This document shows positions 10,291 to 28,324 of a DNA stretch of 64,000 nt, piece after piece. Source of the stretch: the human T2T-CHM13v2.0 reference genome, Homo sapiens. Below the pieces are notes generated by a model. That model worked only from the letters and a program-made list of their open reading frames with translations, had not been told where the DNA came from and ran no database searches. A program made the position numbers and the translations under genes. The number at the start of each line of letters is the position of its first letter. Positions within the stretch are counted from its first letter, which is position 1. The DNA is taken from NCBI RefSeq assembly GCF_009914755.1, contig NC_060927.1. One strand, 5' to 3'.

Positions 10291-13200
10291 CTTCTACATT
10301 CCATATTTGTAAGGGGCTTCAGAGTCTTCAGCAGAAATGAAAATATATCTGCAAGAGTTTCTAATTTAGAGATTAAATATCTAAAATAATATCATTTACT
10401 AACCAAAGTAGTATTCCAATATCCAGGGCTTAGAAGAGTCTGGATCCACACTTTGCCACCCACTGTGAACTTTAGTGCAAGTTAGAGGTAATTTGAAGAA
10501 CACTACAGAGAGAAGAGGAACAAAGCTTCTTGGCTTTTGCCTCATTGGGATGATATTTGTATATGCTAGTTGTCTAGAGTTCAAAAACTGTGAGGTTTTG
10601 ACTAAGTTGGGATAAATCCCCTTTCAATGTATTAGTTGTGATGCCACATTTCTGATGTTAAAAGGAAATAAAACGGAATACCCTTCAGAAACATTTTTTC
10701 TGTATTCCAGAATAAAATACACTATTCTCATGGTGGTACCTGCAGAATTCAGATCTTTCCCAGGATGCTATGTGTTCCTTTAGTGCTCCTTATTCTGGAT
10801 ATTTAAAAAACTCAAATTTTACTTTCTACTTAACCCCTACATTCTTGACATACCAAAGAAAAATAATTGAACATGGGATTGAGGAACACAGTATACTCTT
10901 CTGAGCATTTTCTTAGAAAAACATTCTCCCTACTTTTAGAATAGATATTTCTGTAGGAAAAATGTGTTCCCTCTGTATTTCTGCATCCCCAGCATGACAA
11001 CAAAGACAGACATTTCCTTTCTGGCTACCATTTCCTATCTTCAGGTCCATTGGCCTGTGAGGCTTTTCTTCCAGGACACATTGCCTCTCATTCTCTCATT
11101 TATCTAAGATGAAAAATGTGCTTTGACAGTTTTCTGAACTGCAGTTTTATTGATGATGTTACTAAAGCCTTTGCCGTTGAGGACCAAACAAGACTCAAAA
11201 GTCTACTGACATGTGCCCATCTCAAAACCATCTTTTAGCTCTTGAAAACCAGTGGCATTTTTATGTTTATAAATTGGTTCACATGAATTCCTCAGGGCTT
11301 GAGTGACTTTTGAGAGTTACTAGTAGGAGAAAAAAATTATTTTTGCTACCGCATATGCTACTGTAGGGCTTGGCTTGACTCCCCAATTTCTCTTCAGTAT
11401 TTTGCCTCTTCCAAGTCCTGCTGTTTTTCAGTTTAAACCTGGTTCTTAAGTTAGTTGGCTCTCTTGACGATGTCTAGGTAGAATAAAGCTGTTGGCATGA
11501 TCCCCCTTTGTTCTTTTTGTTTTCTATAGTTGCCTTTTGTTTTCTTTTTACCGTGTATTAGAACTGATTAGTTAAGCTGATAATATTTGTCCCTGAGTGT
11601 CAGATATACCATTCCCAAAACCTGAGAAGCAAATTTGGTTTGCATATCAAATTCTAATTACTTTGTACCCACTCTCACTGTCATTTTCCTTCTGCATTTG
11701 AGTAAATCTTGTTCCTAGAACCGGAACTTTCTGGATAGTGACCTTTAATATTTCTTTTTAATGCCTTAGCTTTTGAGTTTGTCATATTTTTGCAGTTTTT
11801 TTTTCTCTTCATCAAGTCAAGATGAAACATCCTTACGTAGCCAGGACTTCTTTTCACTTTACTGTTCATTGGCAAGCTCCATCATGCCTAGTTAGCTGAA
11901 TTGACGCTCACTCTGGGCTTTTCTTATATCCATAGCACAATCAGGATTTGTCCAGTGCTGTTACCAGTGTCACAGTGCCCACTATTCCCACTGACACTAG
12001 CTGTTACAGAGCTTGCAGGTAAAGTCTAAAGTAGAAGCTACCTCTTCCCTGGAGATCTTGATACCTTAAAACCAGTTAATGGAGATTATAAAGTAGGATG
12101 TGGGAACATTTTGTTTCTATCTCAATTGATATGATGATTAGGTTTAGAGTAACTGATAGGCAATAAAATCAATAGATAAAAATGTATTTTCTCAAAAGAA
12201 ATACATTTAATAGTAGGAAATTTGGCTTATTAGATTAAAAAGTCTGTTATGACCTTATAGTGAAAAACACAGCATACAGTATAGTGGCTACTTCTCTAGT
12301 AGATCAGCTTGAATCCTGCTGACCGATGGTGATTTGCATACTGTCCCAGCATTCTTGAGGCATTCATCCTGAACTGCCTTGCAAACTTGAGATAGCTCCC
12401 CACCTTCCCCCAAAAGAAAGGCACTTTAAATAGTATTACTCACAAATTAATGAATGTCCATATTTATACTTGATAATTACTTTTTGCTTTTATCCTCAAA
12501 TGTACAAATTATATCTGAACTAATGGTAGGGAGGACAGGCATGATTCAAGTTGGGGCTTGGCCTCAAACCCCAAGTAGAGAATTCTGGTGAGCTAGACTG
12601 GACCACATGGGAGACCTTTTTTGTTTTGTTTTTATTTTTTATTTTTTGACTTTTTATTTTTTGTAAGCAGATAAACCATATTGACTCAGAACCAAAAAAG
12701 GCAGAAACACCTTGTGTCTCTTAAGTCCAAGACTTAAGTCTATGATCTCATCACTCTACTGTAGACCTGTGTATTTCCTTCAGTAAGAAGAACCTGAAAG
12801 ACTTGAGATAGGCTTTTAATGCCCAGAGTGGAGCCGGCCTGGGTGGCCTTTTCTTAAGTGTTGTGCTGGGCATGGGTGAAAAGAGGGTGGTGGATGAATC
12901 AAGCTTCCAGACCCTTTTTATCTCACTGAATGGTAAGAGAGAGAATATACCATATCATATCCATGTACCTTTGGCATTTTTACAGTGTGAAGTTTTCTAT
13001 TACCACCTATTATGATGTCTTTGAAACAAACCACAAGGTAGATGAAGTCCTAGAGAATGAAAAATTCAGTGTATACCTTTATCTGCCTGAAGAAAGAAGC
13101 AGAGGATAGACAGGAGTCAAGCACTCCATCTCTCTTAGGTGGCAGCAGTACCCTGTACATGTTTCTGTCATGATCTTGCCTCACATTGAAAAATCGGGGA

Positions 13201-14059
13201 AGTAGAAAGTTATAAGGAAAACAGCCAATTATTTCAATGTTTCACATTTCCATTGTAGAAAGCTACCTATCATGTTTCATATTTTACTATTGTTAAATTA
13301 TCTTTTTTGACAACTGATTTTGTTTTACATTTTAAAGACATGTGTTAAATATGCCTGTAAGAGGAATCCTTTCACATTTCAATGTATATGTTTGTACTCC
13401 CATAGATCGCTAGTAAGTATGATATATTGGTATGCTATTTGCATGAAGAAAGGTGGGACTACAAACAAGCAAATAAATAAATATATGTATTCCCTTCTCT
13501 TAAAGAGATTGTAATCTTGGGATGGAATCATACCTACTAAGAAATAAATCTAGTGGATAATAAATTTGGCTGTAAAAACATTAAAATTGCCTCAGACCGT
13601 TCTCATATTATTCCTTCTGTATTATCTAGAAGACCAAATTATTAAATGTGGATTTAATATAGAGATTGTTTTAAAAAGAGAAGAGTAATATGTTAGTTTT
13701 ATAGTATATTTCTATTGTCTCGTATGAAAATATGTTTTACTGTCTTTTCCTACTTACCATAATATGTTTTAAGGTGTTGTGATTATGTTTTAGTATGTAA
13801 CATTAGCCGCTCTGAGTTTATAGCTTAGAACTGTTTAAATATTAATAGGCCTATTAACAACTATGAGGCTGTGGAATATGCAGTAGTTAATTTTCTTTAT
13901 TTTTCCTTTTATGATATACAGTGACTGTTATGATACATATAGTTACATTATATTGAGAAAAATTAAACTATTTTAATTAAATTACATGTTTTGTTGAATT
14001 CTCATGTAATAATACTTGTTTTTCAGTAAAGATGGCTATATCTAGCCTTGACTCTGATT

Positions 14060-14755
14060 CTCAGACACCTATTGGGTGTTCAGCAATTCAGTTCACTTCT
14101 GACGGTAATTATCTAGAGTTAGGGCAGACCCTATAGGTGAAAGACAGTCCCACAAGACTGCCCTACTTCAGATGCCACTTGAAAGACGCAGATTGTGCTT
14201 CTGGTGAGTACTTCTGACTGACCAGGGTTTTCCTACAACTTCATCTTCAACTTTGATAATTCACTAGGACAACTCTCAGAACTCATCAGAGTGCTTTATT
14301 TACTGTTACTGGTTTATTTTAAAGTATACAATTAGTAATAGCCAAATGGAAGTGATCCATAGGTCAAGGGTCGAAGGTGGAGGACAGAGCTCCCATGCCC
14401 TCTCTGTGTGTGCCATCTTCCTAGCATATCAGTGTGTTCACCAATTGAGAGGTTCTCTGAATCTCTTAGGTAAGGTTTTTTTATAACCTAATCTCAAGCA
14501 CCCACCTCTCCTGACATATGGGGGTGGAGTTAAAAGTTCCCACCCTTTAGTCAAGTGTTTGGTCTTTCTGGTGACTAACCTCATCCTGAGGCTATCAGCT
14601 ACCCTCCCACACCTACCCCATATACTCAGATATGGTACAAGGAAGCTTGTTGTGAATAACAAAAGACATTCCTATCATTCAGGAAATTCCAAGGGTTTTA
14701 GGCCCTCTGTGCCAGGCACCCAGGATGAAGACCACATTTATATTTTTAATATCAC
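14060..14755. mobile_element. MER21-like ERVL LTR
   Basis: caattcagttcacttctgac..., tcccacaagactgccctacttcagatgcc, aggaaattccaagggttttagg...ctctgtgccagg. Confidence 0.65.
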
Positions 14756-14915
14756 CCTCGTAATGAAAAAAAAATGTATGTAGATAGAATTTTAGATCTT
14801 AACTTTCAGCAGTTGCTGTGCACCTGTGTCAATTATCTGGCCACAGTTTAACTTCTGAGTATAGTGGCTTGTCTTTCTGAGCAGTATTGTTGTAGCTTGT
14901 ATAAGACCATCATCA

Positions 14916-15216
<301 letters not shown>

Positions 15217-15545
15217 CATCACTATCTGATACTGTCAATTCATCTTATACTAGTTGAGTTTAGGGAGTCCTTAGTCCTTAGTACACAAAGGGGTTGTACT
15301 CTAGAAGTTCATTTATTATTTAAGTTTAAAAATTAGAGCACATTTTCTATGGAAACAGTGGGGTAAGTGGTAAATGTTTTTTATATCAGTCCATTGGCTT
15401 TGACAAAATAGGGAAGTAAATCCAAAAGAGGATCGGGTGTGTTTGGGTGTTGGCGGATGAAGAGGTTCATGATTCCTTTGAAAGACAGGGAAATGAGAGC
15501 ATTTTTGTTATTTGGGGTCAGCCTATAGATGTCTGAGGAAAGATG

Positions 15546-15911
15546 TGTATTATGGGCTGAATTGTCCCCCCTGCCTCCCACAATTCATATGACAAAGCTC
15601 TGACCACTCATGTGACTGTATTTGGGGATAGGGCCCTTAAGTATGTAATCGAGGTTAAATAAAGTCAGATGGGGCCCTGATTCAATGACTGCTATCCTTA
15701 GAAGAAGAGAAAGATCCACAAGGAAAAGGCCATCTGAGAACACAGCAAGAAGGTGGCCATCTGCAAGCCAAGGAGAGAGGCCTCAGGAAAAATTAAACCT
15801 GCTGGCACCTTGACTCCTTTCAGCCATCTGAACTATGAGAAAATACGTTTTCATTGTTTAAGCCATCTACTTTGCGATATTTCATTGTGGCAGCCCTGGC
15901 AAACTAATACA
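15546..15911 (+). mobile_element. MLT1B-like MaLR LTR
   Basis: tgtattatgggctgaattgtccccc ... gccatctgcaagccaaggagagaggcctcag ... ggcagccctggcaaactaataca. Confidence 0.8.
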
Positions 15912-16554
15912 GCATGTTCCAATCCATGCTCTAGGGGACACTAGTATCTAGGAAATATTAATAGATATTTCTTAAAAACAGTTCTTAATACGTTTGGTCA
16001 ATAATCTATGATAGGTTCTTCATTTAAGGATTGACAATGCATACCCATGTATTAAACATTCCCAGAAGCCTTGAAGCAAAGAAATGTGTTTAATTTTTTT
16101 TTCAGTTTCAACATTTCCCAAATATATTTATCTGTGGATCATCCATGCCCTCTCTTTTAAATGAAATGTATGTTTCCCATCAAGTCTCACTCATTTTAGA
16201 AGAAGAAAGTAGGTGGCAGGAGAGAAAGCCCCGTCCTTCTTTATCTCTGTTAGAGATGTGCTATGGTTTCATATTCCTGTATTTCAACAATAGGTAGAAT
16301 AAATACCTCATTAGTAGATCCTGAGTATTAGATGCCCACCAGTATAAAATTGAGAAACAGAATAGGCAAAGGAGATACGATAGATGTCTTGTAGGTAGGA
16401 TATAGGAGCTTTGACATCTTATTTTAGCTTTTATTCAGAAAGTAATTGTGGTTGATTAGTTTTATCAATATGACTGTAGTAACTATTAACTGTAACTATT
16501 ATAACTATAGAATAACTATAATTATCCTAAAAAAGATAAAGATTTTTGGCTTTG

Positions 16555-17875
16555 ATGTTTTAATTGAAGTTAAATTCATATAACATTAACCATTTTAAAG
16601 TGAACAGTTCAGTGGCATTTAGTACATTCATTCACAATGGTGTGTTACCACTACCTGTATCTAGTTCTAAAACATTTTCATCACCTCAAAATAAAATCCT
16701 GTACCCATTAAGCAGTTCACAATGGTGTGTTACCACCACCTGTATCTAGTTCTAAAACATTTTCATCACCTCAGAATAAAATCCTGTAACCATTAAGCAG
16801 TGACTTAACCATTGTCTCTTCTCCCCAACCCCTGCCATATACCAATTTGTTCTGTCTGTATGGAATTACCTCTGATATTTCATATAAATGTAATTATAAA
16901 TTGTGACCCTTTCTATCTGGCATCTTCGCTTACCATAATGTTTTTGAGGTTCACGCATGTTGTAGTATGTATCAGTACTTCATTTCTTTTGATAGCTACA
17001 TGATACTCCATTGTATTTATATACCACCGTTTGTTTATCTGTGCACCTCTTTGTGATCGTTTGGGTTATTTCCACCTTTTGGCTAATGTTACTAATGCTG
17101 TGAACATTCATGTAGAAGTATTTGTTTGAATACTTATTTCACTTCTTTCGATCTAAGAGTGGAATTACTAGGTCATACAGTAATTTGATGTTTCACTTTT
17201 TGAGGAATCACCAAACTGTTAAGCATAGTAACCAAACCATTTTACATTCCGACGAGCAATATGCAAGGGTTCCAATTTTCACATCTTCATTAACACTTGT
17301 TATTTTCCTTTCATAAAAAATTATCCTTTCTAATACATGTGAAGTAGTAGTATTTTCTTTAGGACTAATGTTGTGGAGCACACTTTTTATGTGTTCATTG
17401 GCCATTTGTGTATCTTCTTTGGCAAAACGTCTGTTCAAGCCTTTAGCTCATTTAAAAGTTGGGTTGTTTGTATCTCGTTTCTTGAGTTATAAGAATTTTT
17501 TATATATTCTGCATACCAAACTCTTATCAGATATATTGTTTGCATATATTTTCTCTTATTCTATAGGTTGTCTTTTCACCTAATAATGTTCTTTAATGCA
17601 TAAAATTTTTAATTTTCACCAAGTCCAATTTATCTTTTTTTTCTTTTGTTCTTTATGCTTTTAATGTCATATTTAAGAATGTAATGCCAAATCCCAGGTC
17701 ATAAAGATTTACTTCTATGTGTTCTAAGGTTTAGCTCTTACATTTAGGTTATTGGTCTTTTTTGAGTTAATGTTTGTATACAGTGTGACGTAAAGGTCCA
17801 ACTTTATTCTTTTTCATGTGGATGTCCAGATTTCCCAGTACTATTTGATGAAGAGACTGTTCTTTCTCCTGTTGT
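16555..17875 (-). mobile_element. Old L1 (L1MB-like) 3' region
   Basis: Reverse-complement L1 3'UTR/ORF2 end; supplied ORF 17208-17438 reads MNRRFAKEDTQMANEH, an L1 ORF2 motif. Confidence 0.85.
16631..16800. repeat. 85-bp tandem duplication within L1
   Basis: ttcacaatggtgtgttacca...cattaagcag at 16631-16715 and 16716-16800 with about 3 mismatches. Confidence 0.95.
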
Positions 17876-18624
17876 TGTTGTTTTTAAATCTCTTTATTAA
17901 AAAGTTAGCCTAGTAAAGTAGTTAAGATCACTGGTTCAAGAGACAGAATGGTTGGATCCAACCAAATCTGGTGTTACTACTTGCTATCTATGTGGCTTTG
18001 GGCAAGTCACTTAGCCTTCCTAACATTGAGTTTTCTTAATTAAAAAATACTTTAATTCTTCAAAAGGTAGGTCTAAAGAATCCAAATGAATTCAGATAAA
18101 TTAGAAAGATACTATAATTGAGAGGATACTTGCAGTTATCAGAGCATTTGTATGTTATTTACTCCTTACTATCCTTTTTTATGAAAAAGAAAGCTGAGGT
18201 TTCGAGTATTAACTAACTCTTCCAAGGTATAATCATGATGATCAAGTGGCTGAGGTGAGATTCAAATCCAGATCTGCCTCATTGGAAAGTCTGGTGTTTC
18301 AGTCTGTTAATATTTACTGCAGAAAACCAAACAGATTTAATAAACATATAACCTGTCTTCCTTCCTGAATTTCATATAGTATTAGAGTAAGGAAACATGA
18401 AAAGGGTGTGTGTGTGTGTGTGACATATATATGTGCTATATTAAACACTATACTAATCAGTTCTGTAGGGGAATATTTTATTGTGATGTAATACTTTTGG
18501 TTAAATCTCAGACTGTAGCATATTTGCATTCACCTGCTATCAATTCTTTATATTTTATTAATATTTATAATTCAGGTTTTAATATTTAATTTTTTAGCAT
18601 ATTAAAGTAAAAAAAATATTTTGA

Positions 18625-18943
<319 letters not shown>

Positions 18944-19045
18944 AATATAAGATTTTTTTAAATCATGATCTGTGAATCCAGTATTTTAAATGATATTGAA
19001 AATTTTACAACCCATAAATTTAGGTTTCTTTTGTGATTCTCCTAG

Positions 19046-19137
19046 ATGTAATAAAGGAACAGAATCGAGAGTTACGAGGTACACAGAGGGCTATAATCAG
19101 AGATCGAGCAGCTTTAGAGAAACAAGAAAAACAGCTG
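19046..19137 (+). CDS. CHMP2B: CHMP2B exon 2 (DVIKEQNRELRGTQRAIIRDRAALEKQEKQL)
   Basis: ttctcctag acceptor, GTAAGT donor, 92 nt, phase 1 to 0, joins exon 1 in frame; Snf7-family helix 1. Confidence 0.98.
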
Positions 19138-19634
19138 GTAAGTAGAACGTTAAATTTCAGTTTAACTTTTCAAACAAATTTGGAAATTACTGTAGGAATA
19201 ATTAGCTAACTAGGAAGAAGGCACATGGCAGGTGGTAAGTGATTTACTTAATTAAGAAATGGCAGTTAATGATTTTTGTATCTTCTGCTTACCTTTGTTT
19301 ATTGTGTCATTCTGCTGACTTTTATTGGGATTCTGTGTATTCTGTTGATTATAGAATCAAATTATTCTTCAGTTTGTGAGAGTCATAAGTATCTAGGAAG
19401 AAAGATTGCTCAAGACAGAACCACCTTCTTAGTTAACAGGAAGATGAAATAGTCATGGAAAACAAAGGAAGGTTATTTTAAAAATTACATTAACTCATAG
19501 GAGTCTTGCTTGATATTTTAAAGATCGTTGTGTCTTTGACAATGAATGTACTTTTATAATAGACTGGTCTGGTTCATTTTTAAATGTTCTTTATGCTATG
19601 TTTTTATGTGTATGTTGCCTCAAATCTTTAAAAA

Positions 19635-23720
<4,086 letters not shown>

Positions 23721-24060
23721 CCAACTCTTTGCTTGTATGTTTTTTCCTTTTCTCTTACCTTCTTTTGGATAGTCTTTTTTTTTTTTTTAATTTTCTTCTG
23801 GGCTCTACATGTGCACTGTTTTGTAGACTTGCTTTGTATTCATGGATGGAGATACTAGTTCTGTCCTTTCCATGTAAACATGTAGACTAAATTGCCTTCT
23901 TAGATTTCTCTTTTGCTCTATGACTTTATAATAGCTTCTTCCCCTCTTCATGATCGGGGACAAAGGGTCTGTTATGTGTATTAGATCTGTTCTTCTGAAA
24001 TAAATTATTGACGACTACCCTTTAATAATTTTATTTTCTTTTGTTTGTTTCTTCTCTTAG

Positions 24061-24255
24061 GAATTAGAAATTAAGAAAATGGCCAAGATTGGTAATAAGG
24101 AAGCTTGCAAAGTTTTAGCCAAACAACTTGTGCATCTACGGAAACAGAAGACGAGAACTTTTGCTGTAAGTTCAAAAGTTACTTCTATGTCTACACAAAC
24201 AAAAGTGATGAATTCCCAAATGAAGATGGCTGGAGCAATGTCTACCACAGCAAAA
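24061..24255 (+). CDS. CHMP2B: CHMP2B exon 3 (ELEIKKMAKIGNKEACKVLAKQLVHLRKQK...GAMSTTAK)
   Basis: Long polypyrimidine tract + ttag acceptor, GTAAGT donor, 195 nt, phase 0-0; overlaps supplied ORF 24079-24321. Confidence 0.98.
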
Positions 24256-24476
24256 GTAAGTGAGAGCTTTTATATTCATAGATTTTTAATTTTATCAACG
24301 ATATTTAAATATCAATATTGAAAGCAGATTTAAAAGCACCTCCTGGTGTATATGTGATACAAAATGTGTGTAATTTTTAGTAAAATGAGTTATAATACTA
24401 GATAATCCAGGTAATTACTTCTAGATTCTTTATTGATATGTTTTAATACAAAATTTCTTGTTTGAGGACAATCCGT

Positions 24477-24783
24477 TTTCTTTCTTCTTTTCTTTTTTTT
24501 TTGAGATGGAGTCTTGCTCTGTCACACAGGCTGGAGTGCAGTGGCAAGATTTTGGCTCCCTGCATCCTCCGCCTCCTGGATTCAAGTGATTCTCCTGCCT
24601 CAGCCTCCTGAGTAGCTGGGATTACAGGCATGCACCTCCACACCTGGCTAATTTTTGTATTTTTAGTAGAGACGAGGTTTCACATGCTGGCCAGGCTGGT
24701 CTTAAACTCCTGATCTCAGATGATTCGCCTGCCTCAGCCTCCCAAATTGCTGGGATTACAGACATGAGCCACCGCGCCCAGCC
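24477..24783 (-). mobile_element. AluS
   Basis: Full Alu in reverse; TSD-like acaatcc(g/c)tttt flanks. Confidence 0.95.
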
Positions 24784-25429
24784 AACAATCCCTTTTTCTA
24801 AAGATCACATGTAGCTTCTAATTTTATGAAATTGACTTTTAAAAGTATTTGCTTTTTTCCCCTCAAATTGTCAGAAGATTTTTGACCTTCTTATCTCATT
24901 ATATGTTCTGACTACTTTTGAGTGATAATTTCCTCTTGATTCATTTTTATGAATGTGTGAGAAGGTCACATGAATAATAAGAAAGATTTATCAGAATGTT
25001 TGTCTAGAACTTATGTTTAACTTACTGTATACACACACAAACACATTTTTCTATATCTGTAATCAGTGTTTTTACTGTAGTTTAAAGGACTCTGAGTCTT
25101 TCAGTCATTTAATAAATAAAGCACTCCTTGATACTGTTAGTCATCAAAAGAGGTTAAGACAGAAACTGTGCTTTCACAAATTTTATAGTTCAATTGGAGG
25201 CTTAAGATATGTCTCTTGGAACCTACCCACTATATATCAGTCATGCTAAGCTTTATGAACTGCACAGACCTTTGAGTAGGGTGATCTAAAAGACATTGCA
25301 TAAGACAAAGGTTTTAAGAATATCATTAGATGTTAGCTGTACAGAAGAGGGATTGTGAATATGAAGTGCAAAAGAAAAAAAATAGCCTCAGAGGAAAGTA
25401 CAAGCTTTATGTTAGGGAAATGGTATACA

Positions 25430-26061
25430 CAGGCAATTTATGTTATTCATAGTAGTTATGTCCCATGAAGTCGGGAACACTGAAATAGTGCATATTGAAC
25501 CATTGCTCCCAGGGGAAATACTGAGTTATATTTCTGTGAGCCTTTGCCCACAACGTTTTTTCATTACCTAATCTGTACCTAACTAACCTTGTGTTTCTGT
25601 TTAAAGATGCCATATTTAATATATAGCTGATTTGCTCATATTGAGCTTATGACTAATGGGACTATACCTCATTCTGGAACAAAGCTTATCTAACGTGTAT
25701 TTTCTCCATAAAGCACATCATGTCCTTCTTTCACTTAGGAACACTGGGCAGCATGTTAATACAATGCTTGGGGATCATTTTTTATCAGTGAAATCACAAA
25801 CAAAAAGCACAAAAGTGAGAAAAATGTGACACTAAGTAAACTATGGAAAGGACACTTAATTTGCAGTAAGAAGGCAGAACATCCCCTTGTTTGACCTCAG
25901 CTGGAAATGTGCATGTTGGGTGACTCACATGTTTTGCTGCTTTGTAAATGTCACAGATGAGCATTAAAACACTGCAGGTATTCATTTGAGGTTACAAATA
26001 AATTTTAATGAGTAGGTAAATTCTCAGATATGGAATCTACAAATAAGGAGTATTAACTGTA
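25430..26061. mobile_element. MER82-like TcMar-Tigger DNA transposon fossil
   Basis: ttattcatagtagttatgt...gaacactgaa...gaaccattgctcccaggggaaatac start and ...gaatctacaaataaggagtattaactgta end. Confidence 0.65.
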
Positions 26062-26355
26062 ATTGCATTTTAGACAGCAGAGCACATGAAAGTCGAGTGC
26101 TGTGCAAACATACAGTTAGAAGGAATAAATTCAATCTTTGATCGCAGAGTAGGTTGATTATACTTAACAAAAATATATTGTACTTGGGTGGTGGACACCC
26201 TAAACACTCTGACTTGATCACTACGCATTATATACATGTAACAAAATTTTATATGTAACCAATACATTTGTGCAAATAAAGAGTAGAATGCATCCATTTT
26301 GTGAAGTACAAAAAGTACAGTGACACATTATAATCTTTAAAAAGAGAAAGTTTCA

Positions 26356-26942
<587 letters not shown>

Positions 26943-27313
26943 GCAGGAGAAAACATAGCACATTTAAGGAATAAAAGATGTGTGTCTAGAGGGCAATAGT
27001 GCAAAGTTTAATCCATGTTAGTTCTCATAGGCATATTATGGAATTTAGCTTTTAGCTAAATTTAACAGCACTGGAAAGCCACTAGAGAGTTAGGTGTGTT
27101 GGGGGTGGGGAGGGATGGGGGGAATGCAGTGTCATACTTGGAAAGAATACTTTGGCTACTGCATTGCATGCCATTGAGAAAGGACTGTTTGCTTCATATC
27201 TTTGAAATCAACATGTTTCTATTGTATGGATTCTTTTAATATACTGAATTAGCTATATAATGCATACATATATGTTTATCATCTATGTATTATGCATCAT
27301 ATATATAAAAATG

Positions 27314-27646
27314 CAGTCATGTCTGGCTTAACAATAGGGATACATTCTGAAAAATTCATCTTAGGCAATTTCATCATTGTGTAAACATTACAGAGTATAC
27401 TTACATAAACCTAGGTGATACAGCCTACTACGCATCTAGGCTATATGGTATAGCCTGTTGGTCCTAGGCTACACTGTACTGGATTTTGTAGGCAGTTGTA
27501 ACATAATGGTTTAAGTACCTGTGTATCTAAACATAGCTAAACATAAGAAAGGTATAGTAAAAATGCAGTATTATAATCTTATGGGGCCACTGTCGTATAT
27601 GCTGTGGGTAATTAACCAAAATGTAAGCACATGAAACATGATTGTA
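27314..27646. mobile_element. Tigger3/MER7-like DNA transposon fossil
   Basis: cagtcatg...ttaacaatagggatacattctgaaaaa...ctacgcatctaggctatatggtatagcctgtt...catgattgta. Confidence 0.75.
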
Positions 27647-28221
27647 AATAAATTTTGGTGGTACTAGAGAACATGAATCTCTTAATGAAATGAGTTGTGA
27701 ATATATAATGTAAGAGAATTGTTTTCACATAGTTTTTCAAAGCTCACATTTTTATATTTTTTTAAACCATGGTTTAAAATGTGTTAATAGATTAAGTATA
27801 TATGCTAGTATATCTTCTAATCTTTTTTAATTTAGACATTAAAATTTTAATGAAAGTTTTTATAAAAATTAAATTTAAAAATTTATTGACATTACCTACT
27901 TGCCACAAAAACAGGTAAATTTTATTTTCCTATTTGAATAGCAAAGGATTTTATGCTGATAATGTTTTTTATTACATAATTCCTTGCCTGCTGTTCAGAT
28001 GAGGTTTTTCACACTGGTCTTTATTATATAGATGTTAAGCAGATGGTTTCCAAATGACTATTTCATTTTTTTCTAGAATATTTAACAGTCTATGTTTGAT
28101 TACGGCAGGATGGATATCTTTTTAAAGCCTATCTATATTTGATGTGTTCCCTTTTGACTTATTTCATAGTAAAATTTTCATAATTATGGAAGTAACATGA
28201 ATCTTGTAAATACATTTAAAG

Positions 28222-28324
28222 ACAATGCAGGCAGTTAACAAGAAGATGGATCCACAAAAGACATTACAAACAATGCAGAATTTCCAGAAGGAAAACATGA
28301 AAATGGAAATGACTGAAGAAATGA
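28222..28324 (+). CDS. CHMP2B: CHMP2B exon 4 (TMQAVNKKMDPQKTLQTMQNFQKENMKMEMTEEM)
   Basis: tttaaag acceptor, GTAAGT donor, 103 nt, in frame with exons 3 and 5. Confidence 0.97.
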
